DNA of 59,757 nucleotides, filler included. It is 5 parts of 5 records of this genome, joined end to end, with 100 filler letters (N's around TTAATTAATTAA, not from the genome) between each part and the next. Parts side by side here need not be neighbours in the genome. Positions count along the whole stretch, not along the records: positions 1 to 19,047 come from DRR723986_4218; positions 19,148 to 38,186 come from DRR723986_4221; 3 more parts are not named here. The stretch is one strand, 5' to 3'. Shown piece by piece: positions 11,382-22,300 of the stretch. The position numbers and the translations under genes are program-made. Positions within the stretch are counted from its first letter, which is position 1; every line of letters begins with the position of its first letter. The notes beneath the pieces were generated by a model. It saw nothing but the letters and a program-made list of their open reading frames with translations, was not told the origin of the DNA and made no database searches.

Positions 11382-12512
11382 ATGACCAACACTGCCCTTA
11401 TCGTCGCCGCCGGGCGCGGCACCCGTGCTGGCGGGGCGCTGCCAAAGCAATGGCAACCGCTCGGTGCTGCGCGGGTGATCGACCATACGATTGCCGCCTT
11501 TGACCGCCATCCCAAGATTGATCAGATCGCTGTGGTGCTGCACCCGGACGATCTGGATTTGGCGCAGACCTTTGATGTGGCTGGGCTGATTGTGGCCGTG
11601 GGCGGCGCAGATCGCGCCACATCGGTGCGCAATGGGCTGGCGATGTTGCCCGAGGCCGGCCGGGTGCTGATCCATGATGCGGCGCGCCCCTGTGTTCCGG
11701 CGCAGGTGATCGACGATGTGTTGGCGGCATTGAGCGAGACCCGCGCCGCCGCGCCGGGGCTGGCCGTAACCGATGCCTTATGGCGCGGCGCGGAGGGTCA
11801 CGTGACTGGCCCGCAGGACCGAAGCGGCCTTTTTGCCGCGCAGACCCCGCAAGGGTTTGATCTGGCGGTGATCAAACAGGCCCATGCGGCCTATCAAGGC
11901 CCTGCCGCCGACGATGTGGAGGTCGCCCGCGCCTATGGTATTCCGGTGCGGATCACAGCGGGCCACCCTGATAATATCAAGATCACCACCGCCACCGATT
12001 TGGCCCGCGCGGCCCGCATATTGGAGAACAGGATGGATATTCGCACTGGCAACGGCTTTGACGTGCATGCCTTTGGCCCCGGCGATCATGTGATGCTTTG
12101 TGGCGTAAAAATACCGCATGATCATGGGCTTGTGGGGCATTCTGATGCGGATGTTGGCCTGCATACCGTGACCGATGCAATCTATGGGGCGTTGGCGATG
12201 GGCGACATTGGACAGCATTTCCCGCCCTCAGATCCGCAGTGGAAAGGCGCAGAAAGCCATGTTTTTCTGCGCCATGCCGCAGGGCTGGCACGGGAAATGG
12301 GCTTTGATCTGACCCATGTCGATTGTACGCTGATCTGCGAGCATCCAAAGGTTGGCCCTCATGCCACGAAGATGCGCGAAGCCGTGGCGGGTATTCTTGA
12401 GATCGACGTGAGCCGCGTATCGGTAAAAGCCACCACGTCAGAGCGGCTCGGCTTTACCGGGCGCGGCGAAGGGATCGCTTGTATGGCCACAGCAACATTG
12501 GTGAAACCATGA
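11382..12512 (+). CDS. ispDF: Bifunctional IspD/IspF (MEP pathway)
   Basis: [13 protein letters not shown] and IHDAARP (IspD), followed by RTGNGFDVH and GHSDADV (IspF). Confidence 0.96.
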   Translation: MTNTALIVAAGRGTRAGGALPKQWQPLGAARVIDHTIAAFDRHPKIDQIAVVLHPDDLDLAQTFDVAGLIVAVGGADRATSVRNGLAMLPEAGRVLIHDAARPCVPAQVIDDVLAALSETRAAAPGLAVTDALWRGAEGHVTGPQDRSGLFAAQTPQGFDLAVIKQAHAAYQGPAADDVEVARAYGIPVRITAGHPDNIKITTATDLARAARILENRMDIRTGNGFDVHAFGPGDHVMLCGVKIPHDHGLVGHSDADVGLHTVTDAIYGALAMGDIGQHFPPSDPQWKGAESHVFLRHAAGLAREMGFDLTHVDCTLICEHPKVGPHATKMREAVAGILEIDVSRVSVKATTSERLGFTGRGEGIACMATATLVKP

Positions 12513-13000
12513 CATTTGCAAAACTGATCGGCACGTTTCTGGGCGTTGGTTATATCCGCCCTGCCCCCGGCACATGGGGATCGTTGGCGGCGCTGCCTTA
12601 TGGCTGGCTTTTGCATGTGATTGGCGGCTTGCCTTTGCTGTTGGTCGGCATCGTCGTTGGCTTTCTCAAGGGGTGGTGGGCCACGGCGCAGATGACCAAA
12701 GGCAGCGATGATCATGACCCATCCGAGATTGTGGTGGACGAGGTGATCGGCCAATGGATTGCACTGATCCCGCTCAGCTACGCTGCGGGATCCATGGGCA
12801 TCAGCATTCTGAACATGTGGCCCGGCTGGATCGCGGCCTTTATCCTGTTCCGGTTGTTTGACATCACCAAACCCTGGATCATCGGCTGGGCGGACCGGCG
12901 CGGCGATGCCTTGGGCGTGATGCTCGATGATGTGATTGCAGGCGTTTTTGCAGCCCTAGGCGTGGTGGTTCTGGCAGCGCTGTTTCATGGTGTGATGTAA
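12509..13000 (+). CDS. pgpA: Phosphatidylglycerophosphatase A
   Basis: [29 protein letters not shown] and MLDD motifs. Confidence 0.95.
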   Translation: MTFAKLIGTFLGVGYIRPAPGTWGSLAALPYGWLLHVIGGLPLLLVGIVVGFLKGWWATAQMTKGSDDHDPSEIVVDEVIGQWIALIPLSYAAGSMGISILNMWPGWIAAFILFRLFDITKPWIIGWADRRGDALGVMLDDVIAGVFAALGVVVLAALFHGVM

Positions 13001-13480
13001 ATGAACATCGCCGCAGAACTCCTTGCCTTGTCTGTAGAAAAACAGATCATGCTCACCTGCGCAGAAAGCTGTACGGGTGGCATGGTGGCGGCCGCCTTGA
13101 CCGATCTGCCGGGATCTTCGGCGATGTTTGACCGGGGATTGGTCACCTATACCAACCAGGCCAAAATGGATCTACTGGGCGTGCCGGAACAAGCGTTGAT
13201 TGATTTTGGAGCGGTGTCCGAACCTGTGGCCGCCGCCATGGCAGAGGGCGCGTTAGACGGCTCCGAAGCCGCATTGGCGGTGTCCATCACCGGTATTGCC
13301 GGCCCCGGCGGATCAGAGCACAAGCCCGAAGGCCGGGTGTGCTTTGGCGTGGCAAGCCGCCGCCGCACCGCAACACAAACCGTGGAGTTTGGACCGCAGG
13401 GCCGAGACGCGGTGCGCCGTGCAGCGCGGGATCATGCATTGGCCCTGTTGCTCGAAGAACTTCGAAAACTGCCCGAATAA
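13001..13480 (+). CDS. cinA: CinA C-terminal family protein (NMN deamidase PncC-like)
   Basis: AESCTGG, GAVSE and SITGIAGPGG motifs. Confidence 0.92.
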   Translation: MNIAAELLALSVEKQIMLTCAESCTGGMVAAALTDLPGSSAMFDRGLVTYTNQAKMDLLGVPEQALIDFGAVSEPVAAAMAEGALDGSEAALAVSITGIAGPGGSEHKPEGRVCFGVASRRRTATQTVEFGPQGRDAVRRAARDHALALLLEELRKLPE

Positions 13481-13589
13481 TGGGCAAATACCCCGGCGGC
13501 ACGCTCAAATCCTCATCAAAAACCAAAACTGATCGAATTTTCGGCAGCATACGCTGTTCTGGGCGGCGGGGCTGCGCAATCTGCGGGCA
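13470..13589. promoter_or_regulatory. NtrC-box-like sites upstream of amtB
   Basis: TGCCCGAATAATGGGCA (13470-13486), TGATCGAATTTTCGGCA (13530-13546), TGCGCAATCTGCGGGCA (13573-13589). Confidence 0.6.
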
Positions 13590-13616
13590 GAGCTGAAATT
13601 TCTGTTGGAGAGCCCG

Positions 13617-14798
13617 ATGAACGCCGCTGATTCCGCCTGGATCATGACCGCCACCGCCCTTGTATTGTTTATGACCCTGCCGGGGCTGGCCCTGTTTTAT
13701 GGCGGGCTTGTGCGATCGCGCAATGTGCTGAGCGTGTTTATGCATTGTTACGCCATTGCCTGTCTGATGTCGGTGCTGTGGTTCTTTGTCGGCTATTCCA
13801 TTGCCTTTGGCCCCGGTGAAAGTGGTCTCTGGGGCGGGTTGGCAAAGGTCGGTCTGGCCGGTGTCACCGCCGAAAGCCTTTCTGGCACCCTGCCCGAGGT
13901 TCTGTTCTTTGCCTTTCAGATGACCTTTGCGATCATCACACCGGCGCTGATTGTGGGCGCCTATGTCGAACGTATCGGCTTTGGCTTTATGCTTTTGTTT
14001 TCAGCGCTTTGGATGCTGATTTGCTACGCCCCTGTGGTGCATTGGGTCTGGGGTGGCGGGATGCTGGCCGATGGCGGGATCTTTGGCGAGACCGGCGTCA
14101 AAGACTTTGCGGGCGGTATTGTGGTGCATGAAACCGCAGGTCTGGCCGCGCTGATCCTTGCGGTCGTGCTTGGCCCGCGTAAACATCAAACGACACCGCC
14201 GCATAACCCCGGCATGGTGATGATTGGTGCTGCGATGCTGTGGGTTGGCTGGTTCGGATTTAACGGCGGCTCGCAACTGGCGGCAGACGGCGGCGCGGCG
14301 ATGGCAATCACTGTGACCCATATCTCTGCCGCCACGGCATCGCTGTCCTGGGCGCTTTGGGAGCGGATCAAATTTGGCAAAGCCTCACTGGTTGGTATCG
14401 TCACAGGCACCATTGCGGGTCTTGCGTCGATCACGCCCGCGTCCGGCTTTGTTGGTCCTTGGGCGGCGCTGCTGATCGGTGCGGTGGCTGGTATCCTGTG
14501 CCAAGAGGCGGTGGTCCTGATCCGCAACCGCATCAAAATCGACGATACATTGGATGTTTTTGCCGTACACGGCGTTGGCGGGATCTTCGGGACGATCATG
14601 ATCGCGGCTTTGGGCGCGGGGTCTTGGGCCGCACAGCTGGGATCACTGGCGATTGTTGGGGTGTTCACCACCGTGGTGACCGTGGTTCTGATCTACCTGT
14701 GCAAAGCGGTCCTGCCGATCCGTGTCGATCTGGAAACCGAAACCAATGGTCTTGATCTCAGCGTTCATGGCGAACGGGCCTATGACATCACCAGCTGA
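13617..14798 (+). CDS. amtB: Ammonium transporter AmtB
   Basis: PGLALFYGG, FQMTFAIIT, DFAGGIVVH, WFGFNGGS and DDTLDVFAVHG motifs. Confidence 0.96.
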   Translation: MNAADSAWIMTATALVLFMTLPGLALFYGGLVRSRNVLSVFMHCYAIACLMSVLWFFVGYSIAFGPGESGLWGGLAKVGLAGVTAESLSGTLPEVLFFAFQMTFAIITPALIVGAYVERIGFGFMLLFSALWMLICYAPVVHWVWGGGMLADGGIFGETGVKDFAGGIVVHETAGLAALILAVVLGPRKHQTTPPHNPGMVMIGAAMLWVGWFGFNGGSQLAADGGAAMAITVTHISAATASLSWALWERIKFGKASLVGIVTGTIAGLASITPASGFVGPWAALLIGAVAGILCQEAVVLIRNRIKIDDTLDVFAVHGVGGIFGTIMIAALGAGSWAAQLGSLAIVGVFTTVVTVVLIYLCKAVLPIRVDLETETNGLDLSVHGERAYDITS

Positions 14799-16063
14799 TC
14801 ACAAAGCGCGCGCAGGTCATCACCCTGCGCCGCCTTCCACAACATCTCGCCGCGGTCCTGCCCCAGCAGGTCCGCGGTTTTCTTTTGCAATTTGGCGCTG
14901 CGGTCCTCAAAACTCATCGGTGCCATCAGATCATGACGCAGCCGCCGCATGCCGCCACCCGTGAGGCTGACGGAAATTTCTGTCTGGGTTTCGCTCAGCC
15001 GCTCTTCTTCGCTGATCCTTATTTTGGACCGCAGTTCAACCACTTGGGGGTCTTTGGTGATCTCGTCTGTAAAATTTGAAATAGCGCCCGTCGCATGGCC
15101 AAGCAGCGCCATCGCGGCAGTTTGGGCATAGCTGAACTTGGCCGCAAGACCGGTGGTCGGCGCGGCAATGTTGCACACCGACATCCAGCGCGGATGGGTG
15201 CGGATATGCACCGATGCGATTTGATCGGGGTCCAGTTCGGATGTGCCAAACGCCTCAAGCATCGCGTGAAGGCCATGACAGCATGCATGAAACTTGTGAC
15301 TGATGCTCAGCAAATGCCAAGTCCCCTTGCCCGGTTTGATCTCTGCCGCCTCGCCATGATGGGTGGCCCCAAAGCCAAGCGGGCCGGCCAATCCGTCCTG
15401 CGCGGCGGTCATGCCCCCCTGCGCCCAAAGCGCGGCCTCAACCCCGCTGCGGGCGGCCAATCCGGCGTTCAAGGGTTTGCCCATCGTGCCAAATTGCGCC
15501 TTGATACCAGAGGCCATGCTCGCGCACAGGCCAAGCGCATGGCGCAGTTCATCCTTGTCCAGCCCAAGCAGCCGCGCAGCCCCCATTGTGGCGCCAAATG
15601 CCCCCGCCGTGGCGGTTTGGTGATAGCCGACTTGGTAATGGGACCGCCCCAGCCAAATCCCTGATAAGATGGAACTTTCTATACCAATCGCTGCGGCATC
15701 CACGGCGACATCCAGCGGTGCGCCGACATCTTCGGCCAAGGCAATGACCGCCGGCAGAACCGCAACGGAGGGATGGCCGATATGGGCAAAATGCGTATCG
15801 TCATAATCCAGCGCGTGGCTGAGCGTGCCGTTGATCAGCGCAGCCGTCGCCGCAGGGGCAAGACCGCCGCCAAGAACCGAGCTTTGGCCCCTGCCAAGCC
15901 GGATCTGCATCTTCACAAAATCGGCAAATTCCGGTTCGGTCGCCCCCGCGATCCCGCAGGCGGCCCAGTCGAAAAGGGAAAGACGCATCATCGCCAATGC
16001 GTCGTCTGGAACGGTGGCCTTGCGAAACTTCAGCAGTTGATCCGTGATGGTCTTGTCCATCAC
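14780..16063 (-). CDS. MmgE/PrpD family protein
   Basis: NGTLSHALDYDDTH, HPS, KPLNAG and KFHACC motifs. Confidence 0.9.
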   Translation of the reverse strand: MMDKTITDQLLKFRKATVPDDALAMMRLSLFDWAACGIAGATEPEFADFVKMQIRLGRGQSSVLGGGLAPAATAALINGTLSHALDYDDTHFAHIGHPSVAVLPAVIALAEDVGAPLDVAVDAAAIGIESSILSGIWLGRSHYQVGYHQTATAGAFGATMGAARLLGLDKDELRHALGLCASMASGIKAQFGTMGKPLNAGLAARSGVEAALWAQGGMTAAQDGLAGPLGFGATHHGEAAEIKPGKGTWHLLSISHKFHACCHGLHAMLEAFGTSELDPDQIASVHIRTHPRWMSVCNIAAPTTGLAAKFSYAQTAAMALLGHATGAISNFTDEITKDPQVVELRSKIRISEEERLSETQTEISVSLTGGGMRRLRHDLMAPMSFEDRSAKLQKKTADLLGQDRGEMLWKAAQGDDLRALCDQLVMS

Positions 16064-16512
16064 CCCTGCGCCCCATAAAGCGCCTCTGCCCGCTGTTCAA
16101 AAGCCCGCACAACCCGTTGCATGGCCTCGTTAAACACCACGCCAATGATCTTTTGCAGGATCGCATTGCGAAACTCGAAATCGACATGAAACTGGACGGC
16201 ACAACCGCCCTCTATGTCTTCAAACTTCCAGTTGGAATGCATGTATTTGAACGGCCCATCCAGATATTCGGTGTCAATCTTGTGCTGCGCGGGCCAGAGC
16301 ACCACACGACTGGTGAATCGCTCGCGGAACACTTTGAAACTGATCACCAGATCGGCGTCCATCACCCAGTGATCACCGCGATCCTCATTGGACCGGATCC
16401 GCGCGGCAGCGGTCCAGGGCAGAAATTCGGGGTATTTCGCCACATCTGCCACCAGATTATACATCTGCTGGGCGCTATAGGGCAATTGGCGGGTTTCAGA
16501 ATGGGTTGGCAT
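16060..16512 (-). CDS. RatA/Coq10-like START-domain protein
   Basis: LVADVAKYPEFLPW, GPFKYM..W.F and AFEQRA motifs. Confidence 0.9.
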   Translation of the reverse strand: MPTHSETRQLPYSAQQMYNLVADVAKYPEFLPWTAAARIRSNEDRGDHWVMDADLVISFKVFRERFTSRVVLWPAQHKIDTEYLDGPFKYMHSNWKFEDIEGGCAVQFHVDFEFRNAILQKIIGVVFNEAMQRVVRAFEQRAEALYGAQG

Positions 16513-16579
16513 TGCTATCCGGGTCTTGTCACGTTAGCCCTATGTCTCTGCTTGGGGCTGTAAATTCAAGGGCGAAGCC

Positions 16580-17116
16580 ATGACAGATCGTCGCTATGTG
16601 ATTGATGAAATGATCTCTGCCAAATCGATCGCGGCGCGGATCGAGGATTTGTGCAAAGAAATCCAGCAAGAGTTCAAAGGCACCGATAAACTGGTGGTTG
16701 TGGGTCTGCTGCGCGGATCTTTTGTGTTTATTGCTGATCTGGTGCGTGAATTGGACCTGCCGATCGAGGTCGATTTTCTGGAGGCCTCCAGCTATGGCGA
16801 CGGCATGGAAAGCAGCAGAGAAGTGCGTATTCTAAAAGACTTGCGCGGCGCAATTGAAGGGCGCGATGTGCTGGTTGTCGAAGATATTGTTGACACCGGG
16901 CACACGCTTCATCACGTCACCGCATTGCTGAAATCCCGCGAGCCGGGGCGGCTCAAATCCATTGCATTGCTCGACAAACCAAGCCGCCGAGAGGTTGATC
17001 TCAAGGCCGATTGGACCGGCTTTGAAATACCGGATGAATTTGTTGTCGGTTACGGTATTGATTTTGCCCAACGCAACCGGAACCTGCCATTTATCGGCAA
17101 AGTGCGGTTCGTGTGA
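16580..17116 (+). CDS. hpt: Hypoxanthine phosphoribosyltransferase
   Basis: [26 protein letters not shown] motif, FVVGYGID. Confidence 0.96.
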   Translation: MTDRRYVIDEMISAKSIAARIEDLCKEIQQEFKGTDKLVVVGLLRGSFVFIADLVRELDLPIEVDFLEASSYGDGMESSREVRILKDLRGAIEGRDVLVVEDIVDTGHTLHHVTALLKSREPGRLKSIALLDKPSRREVDLKADWTGFEIPDEFVVGYGIDFAQRNRNLPFIGKVRFV

Positions 17117-17286
17117 ACCCAAATTGGCTGTTTCGCATGTCCAGATGGGCACGCAATCCGCCCTCGGCCAAGCGGGTCAAACTGGTGTTTGGCATCATCG
17201 CATTGGCGTTCGTGATCTGGGGCATTGAATGGCTGGGATACTGGCCGAATTGGGCCACGGCAGAGCGGATACCACGCAAGTTCTGA
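17113..17286 (+). CDS. Small membrane protein (57 aa), unknown function
   Basis: Manual translation from GTG overlapping the hpt stop: [57 protein letters not shown]; one TM segment. Confidence 0.7.
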   Translation: MNPNWLFRMSRWARNPPSAKRVKLVFGIIALAFVIWGIEWLGYWPNWATAERIPRKF

Positions 17287-17370
17287 ATGCAGATTTCTGC
17301 CTGTTCACAAAAACTTTAAACACGTTTGACGGGTGCTGTGCTACGCTGTTCGGAAATAAGGGAGGCCACC

Positions 17371-17847
17371 ATGAAATCTTTTCAAAAACAATCACTTGTT
17401 CTGGCTTTGAGCGGCGCTTTGATCGCAACGGCCGGATATGCCGCCAGTCACGCGGCCACATCCAGCAACAAGGCAGTGTCCGCACGGCACGCCCAGATGC
17501 AGATGATCGGCTATCACACGGGCGTTCTGGGTGCGATTGCCAAGGGTGAGGCGGAATTTGATTCCGCCACGGTCAAGGCGGCCGCTGGCAATCTACATGC
17601 GCTGGCCAAGATGGATGGAACCACGCTTTGGCTTGAAGGGACTGCGCAGGGTGAGGTGGACGGCTCTCGCGCCAAGGCAGAAATCTGGACCGATGCGGCG
17701 GGGTTTGCGGCCAAGTTTGCCGCGCTGGAAAAGGCCAGCATGGAGATGATGAATGCGGGTGATGCCGCTGCGGTTGGCGCTGGCATGGGGGCCATTGGCG
17801 GCGCATGCAAAGCCTGCCACGAGACCTATCGCGGCCCGAAAAACTGA
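17371..17847 (+). CDS. Cytochrome c' / c556 (class II)
   Basis: GGAGG RBS, signal peptide, AEIW motif, C-terminal CKACH. Confidence 0.92.
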   Translation: MKSFQKQSLVLALSGALIATAGYAASHAATSSNKAVSARHAQMQMIGYHTGVLGAIAKGEAEFDSATVKAAAGNLHALAKMDGTTLWLEGTAQGEVDGSRAKAEIWTDAAGFAAKFAALEKASMEMMNAGDAAAVGAGMGAIGGACKACHETYRGPKN

Positions 17848-17850
17848 TCC

Positions 17851-18741
17851 TTGGGCGCTTTTGTCAAAATCCTAGGGGCCTGCGCCGTGGTTGGCGCAGG
17901 TCTGGGCTGGTTCCTGACCGCGCCTGATCCGCTTGACCCCGCGTTTGGAGCAGGTTTGACAGCCGACCCCGAAGCGGGCGCATTGGTGTTTGCGGCGGGC
18001 GGCTGTGTCTCTTGTCATGCGGCGCCGGGCGCAGAAGGTGATGAGAAACAAGTGCTTGCCGGCGGTCTGGCCTTTGCCAGCGATTTTGGCACCTTCTATG
18101 CCCCCAATATTTCGCCCGATCCGAATGCCGGTATTGGTGCATGGTCCCTGCCTGGTTTTGCCCGTGCCGTGACCCGCGGCGTATCTCCCGAGGGACAGCA
18201 TTATTATCCTGCGTTTCCTTACGCGGCCTACCAGCACATGCAGGATCAGGACGTTGTGAACCTTTTTGCCTATATGCAAACGCTGCCGGCCGATCCGACG
18301 CCCAGCAAGGCGCATGATGTGGGTTTTCCGTTCAGCATCCGGCGGTCTTTGGGCGGATGGAAGTTGTTGTTTATGAAAGAGGATTTCGTGCTATCTGGGA
18401 ATCACTCACCAGAGGTCATGCGCGGGCGTTACCTGGCAGAAGGCTTGGCCCATTGCGCCGAATGCCACACGCCACGCAACGCCTTGGGCGGTTTGGACCG
18501 GTCGCAATGGCTGGCGGGCGCGCCCAATCCCTCGGGCAAGGGTCGCATTCCCAACATCACACCGGGCAAGCTTGACTGGTCCGAAAGTGATCTGGTCGCC
18601 TATTTCACAACCGGCTTCACCCCCGATTATGACAGCGCAGGCGGCGAGATGGCCGAGGTGGTCAGCAATCTTGCGCAATTGCCGCAAAGCGACCGCGAAG
18701 CCATCGCGGCCTATCTCAAGGCGGTGCCAGCGGTCCCTTAG
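17851..18741 (+). CDS. Diheme c-type cytochrome
   Basis: CVSCH and CAECH motifs, [16 protein letters not shown]. Confidence 0.9.
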   Translation: MGAFVKILGACAVVGAGLGWFLTAPDPLDPAFGAGLTADPEAGALVFAAGGCVSCHAAPGAEGDEKQVLAGGLAFASDFGTFYAPNISPDPNAGIGAWSLPGFARAVTRGVSPEGQHYYPAFPYAAYQHMQDQDVVNLFAYMQTLPADPTPSKAHDVGFPFSIRRSLGGWKLLFMKEDFVLSGNHSPEVMRGRYLAEGLAHCAECHTPRNALGGLDRSQWLAGAPNPSGKGRIPNITPGKLDWSESDLVAYFTTGFTPDYDSAGGEMAEVVSNLAQLPQSDREAIAAYLKAVPAVP

Positions 18742-19047
18742 GCCTTTGCCAGCTTTGCGTTGCGTGCGTCACGCAGCTTCGCAAAATCATCACCCGCGTG
18801 ATAGCTGGAACGGGTCAGCGGCGTGGCCGAAACCATCAGGAACCCCTTGCCATAGGCCGCTTTTTCATAGGCGGCAAATTCATCGGGATGCACAAAACGA
18901 TCCACCCGGTGATGTTTCGGGGTCGGCTGCAAATATTGACCGATGGTCAGAAAATCAATGTCGGCGGCGCGCATGTCTTCCATCACCTGAATGACTGACT
19001 GGCGGTCTTCACCAAGGCCCACCATGATGCCCGATTTGGTGAACATC
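18738..19047 (-). CDS. lipA: Lipoyl synthase (3' part, cut by contig end)
   Basis: [19 protein letters not shown] and RSSYHA motifs. Confidence 0.95.
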
Positions 19048-19147
19048 NNNNNNNNNNNNNNNNNNNNNNNNNNNNNNNNNNNNNNNNNNNNTTAATTAAT
19101 TAANNNNNNNNNNNNNNNNNNNNNNNNNNNNNNNNNNNNNNNNNNNN
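19048..19147. other. Artificial contig linker (44N-TTAATTAATTAA-44N)
   Basis: Same linker also at 38187, 47133 and 54425; stop codons in all six frames. Confidence 0.99.
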
Positions 19148-21091
19148 GCGTTCTTCCCGGGTTTCGCGTTCACTGTTGTGCTCGATCGGTCTGGCCCAGG
19201 GTTGGGTCGGGTTATCCCAGTTGATCCGGTCTGCTCCCAAATGCAGGGCGCCAGCCCAGATCATTGCGCAGAGGTCGATAGATTCGTTGCGCTTGCGGAT
19301 CTGTTTCCACTTGCCGTTCGGCTGCCGTACCTCTGCCCTGAATTCATCCCAGAAGGCCGCACCTAACCAGGTGGGAAAATGGAGCCTGGCCGGCCCGCCA
19401 CTTTGACGCCGGCTTGCGTTGAAAACGGAATCCTTCAATAGGTTGGGGTTGCACAGCAGCTGGGGTATGTTCTTTCGGGTTCCCACTCGACTTTTCCTCA
19501 GAATGGGTGCGGTGAGTGTAGAGCCACCTTTATAGAGCCTGGCTTTGTCTCCGAGCTGCTGCTTCTGGAGCCGGAGCCACCAGGCCTTTGCGTTCTCCGA
19601 TACACCGCCCTCACCACCGGAGTCTGCGACTACCAGTCGGACTCGAAGCTCCTCGCCATCGATCTGAGTTCTGTATGTGGCGCCGAGAGTTCGCTCAGTC
19701 AAAACATCCCAGTCCTCTGGGTAGCTGGCCGGATCGATCGGGGCCTTGCCACCACCAACTCCGGGGCGGTTGCTCTCTCTGATCTCGAAGCGGTCTATCA
19801 GCCACTGCTCCATCTGCGGGCCGAAGGCGTGAACCTGAACCACAAACCGTGCATCTTGACCACCCTGAACGTCGGCGGAGGCAATCAAGAAGCGGGCATT
19901 CTCAGGGACAACAAAGCGCGGGTAGTCCTCTGCCAGATCAGAGACGTTGGTGGAGCGAGACTCTTCAAGCATGGCCTGGCTGAGGTAGGGCCGTCCCCAG
20001 TCAGTATTGATTACGGCTTTGTATGTGTGTTCGCTACCAGTGGATTCGTACGTCTCGCGGGCGCGCTGAAGCTTTTCAGCTAAGCTTGCCCAGGTCTGAA
20101 AGGCCGCGGCCGGGCCCTCCATCCAGAACGATGCGATTCGGCTCTTGCGTGGCTCACCTTCCAGACCCCCGTCCGCATTCAGGTAACCACCCTCCGGAAC
20201 CCAACGGCCATTGAGGTTTAGCCGCTTTTTCAAAGAAGGGTCCACTTCGGTGCCGCAGTGTGGACAGAAAGCCCGGGCGGACTGAAGGTTGAAGTTCTCC
20301 ATGATGGGCTGAAACCATTCCCCACAGTGGCCCTCTGGACACTGCCAATACCAGCGGCAGCGCGTGCCCTGGTTGTAGAGATCAAGGATGCCGGTAGTAG
20401 GCGGGGCCATGTGCGGTGCATCTTCGGGCCGTCGCCAGGTAGGATCGGTGATATCCCGCCCCGGCGAGCTTTCAGCCAGCGTCATACCGGTAGAGCCAAA
20501 CGTCTGGGTACGCTTTGAGGCCAGGGTGAACGGGTCACCCTCACCGCCCATGTCCGCCGCCAGCCGGTCGTAATCTGTGATCAGAACAAACTTGTAGTCG
20601 GAGCTGGCCATGACGTTCTTGGATGGCCACTTGATCCCCAGGTAATTGCCGGCCCGGAATATCCTGTCGTGAACATTGTTATCGTGACCCCGAGGGCTGA
20701 GTCGTTTCACCAGTGCTGGAGAGTGGTTCAGCATCCGGTCTACGCGTTTTTTGCTGTATTCCCGGGCCTTCTCCTCACTTATCTGAATGATCAGCCCATC
20801 GGCTGGGTCGCACTCAATCCGGTATGCGATGTAACCATCCAGCAGCGCCTGCGTTTTGCCTGTCCGGGCTGGCCCGGCAAAGATCACGGCGTCATAGCTG
20901 CGGCCGCCCATGCAGTCCAGCGGCTCCCGAATATATGGGGCACCTTCCGCGCTCCAGTCTTGGACAGTACCATCGCCATTGGCCATCTTCATGTATTGGG
21001 CTGCTGCCTCGCTGGGCTTTATTCTCCGGGGAGGACGAATCAGCTCTGCAACGTCCTGGCGAATCATTCTTGCGCTTCCGTAACTACCCAT
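19148..21091 (-). CDS. Phage terminase large subunit, lambda gpA family (3' end cut)
   Basis: PYIREP, Walker A GPARTGKT, ESSPG, CPxxxC/CPHC zinc motif, NE(S)IDLC nuclease motif. Confidence 0.93.
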
Positions 21092-21599
21092 GGGCCGCCA
21101 GCTCCTCTTCATCATCCATTACGGATTGATACATTTGCTCCCTCAAGCTGTCGGTCACTGCCTCTACCAGGTCGATCGCCTCCGGTGGCAGACCAGCGTC
21201 GCGCTCAAGCAAATCGGGTAGCGCATCCAGTTTGCTCGCAATGGTCTTGGCCAGATTGCTCATCTCTCGGTGCACTTCTTCGACCGGAACCAGAGAGCGC
21301 ATTTCCTTTTCGAGCTTGATGCGCTCGTTTTCTGACTGGTACCAGTCTTTGCGATCCTTGGGATGCATATCGTCCGGGTCCGCTCCGGTACCGGTCACAA
21401 CATCGCCGAAAAGCGCGGGCCCGGCTTCCTTGAGTGCGTACACGCTCACTCCGTTTTTCTGACTAGCCGGAAGTACGCCAGCCTCCCTTAGCCGCCGGCG
21501 AACTGTCCCCCGATCCATTCCGAAGGCGTCCGCCAGCCGGGTGATGTTCCAGTTGTAGGCATCCGCTAACTTGTTGATTTCTGCCGCCACCTTCACCAC
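21084..21599 (-). CDS. Terminase small subunit (DUF1441-like, N-terminal HTH)
   Basis: WNITRLADAFGMDRGTVRRRL wHTH, RKDWYQSENERIKLE; overlaps terL start. Confidence 0.85.
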   Translation of the reverse strand: MVKVAAEINKLADAYNWNITRLADAFGMDRGTVRRRLREAGVLPASQKNGVSVYALKEAGPALFGDVVTGTGADPDDMHPKDRKDWYQSENERIKLEKEMRSLVPVEEVHREMSNLAKTIASKLDALPDLLERDAGLPPEAIDLVEAVTDSLREQMYQSVMDDEEELAAHG

Positions 21600-21670
21600 C
21601 CGTTAATCGCGAAGCCACGCGCCCCAAGGGCTCGCGGTGGTGGAGTCATGGGAACCCGAAAATTTGCCAA

Positions 21671-21718
21671 AACTCGCGGTTCCGCGCCCCCGTACAGCTC
21701 TGATGCCCAGGAGTACCT
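21671..21718 (-). other. Lambda-like cos site (cosQ-like + cosN)
   Basis: Minus strand reads AGGTACT-N16-GTACG GGGGCGCGGAAC CGCGAGTTTT versus lambda GGGTCCT...TTACG GGGCGGCGACCT CGCGGGTTTT; just upstream of terS. Confidence 0.75.
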
Positions 21719-21741
21719 TTCCGAATTTGAAACCGGTCCTG

Positions 21742-21987
21742 TCACTCACCACCCGCCCACTCTCGCAGCGCAGCCTTGTCTGCATTGCAGTCACTGAGAG
21801 CCCTCTGAACCTGTGCGCAATACTCTGGGATATCACCCCAGTCAGTGCCCTCGTATTGAGGCATCTGGCTCTGCTGTATGAGCACCGAGGGTGGATACAC
21901 ATACTCAGTCCTGTACTCGATCACTGGATCCCGCGCGCAGGATGTCAGCAACAGCGGGAGGGTGAGGGCGGCCAGCACATTCATCAT
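21742..21987 (-). CDS. Rz1-like outer-membrane spanin lipoprotein
   Basis: MMNVLAALTLPLLLTSC lipobox, YPP, C-terminal CNADKAALREW; overlaps Rz 3' end in another frame. Confidence 0.8.
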   Translation of the reverse strand: MMNVLAALTLPLLLTSCARDPVIEYRTEYVYPPSVLIQQSQMPQYEGTDWGDIPEYCAQVQRALSDCNADKAALREWAGGE

Positions 21988-22300
21988 CGGCCAGGGCCTT
22001 GCGTAGGGCTTCGATCTGTTCACGGGCTTTCCTCTCTGAATGTTGGCGGGCTTGTTGTGCCCGGGTAATAAGCTGGTCACGCCTCTGCATCTCACTCGCT
22101 AGGGCCTGATAGCTTTCAGACTGGCTGCGCAGGGATTCAGCTAGAATGGTGTTCTCTGCGTCCAGGCTGCCCACCTTCTCGTTCAATGTGCTGTTGCGTA
22201 AGTGCAGGGCGTATACCGCAGCCAGCAGGCCGACGATCAGAATGACGAGACCGCCGGATAACCAGGGCAGCGCTTTGGATGTGAGCAGCTTCCCGATCAT
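21905..22300 (-). CDS. Rz-like inner-membrane spanin
   Basis: Start MIGKLL; single N-terminal TM, coiled coil, C-terminal ECAGRPHPPAV. Confidence 0.8.
   Translation of the reverse strand: MIGKLLTSKALPWLSGGLVILIVGLLAAVYALHLRNSTLNEKVGSLDAENTILAESLRSQSESYQALASEMQRRDQLITRAQQARQHSERKAREQIEALRKALADDECAGRPHPPAVADILRAGSSDRVQD

Noticed and set aside
16060-16512. RatA as a toxin-antitoxin or defence gene
   Set aside because: Housekeeping Coq10/START-family gene in the usual lipA-hpt neighbourhood; no antitoxin partner.
19092-19103. TTAATTAATTAA repeated four times in the window
   Set aside because: Synthetic all-frame stop/PacI spacer inside the N gaps, not a biological repeat.
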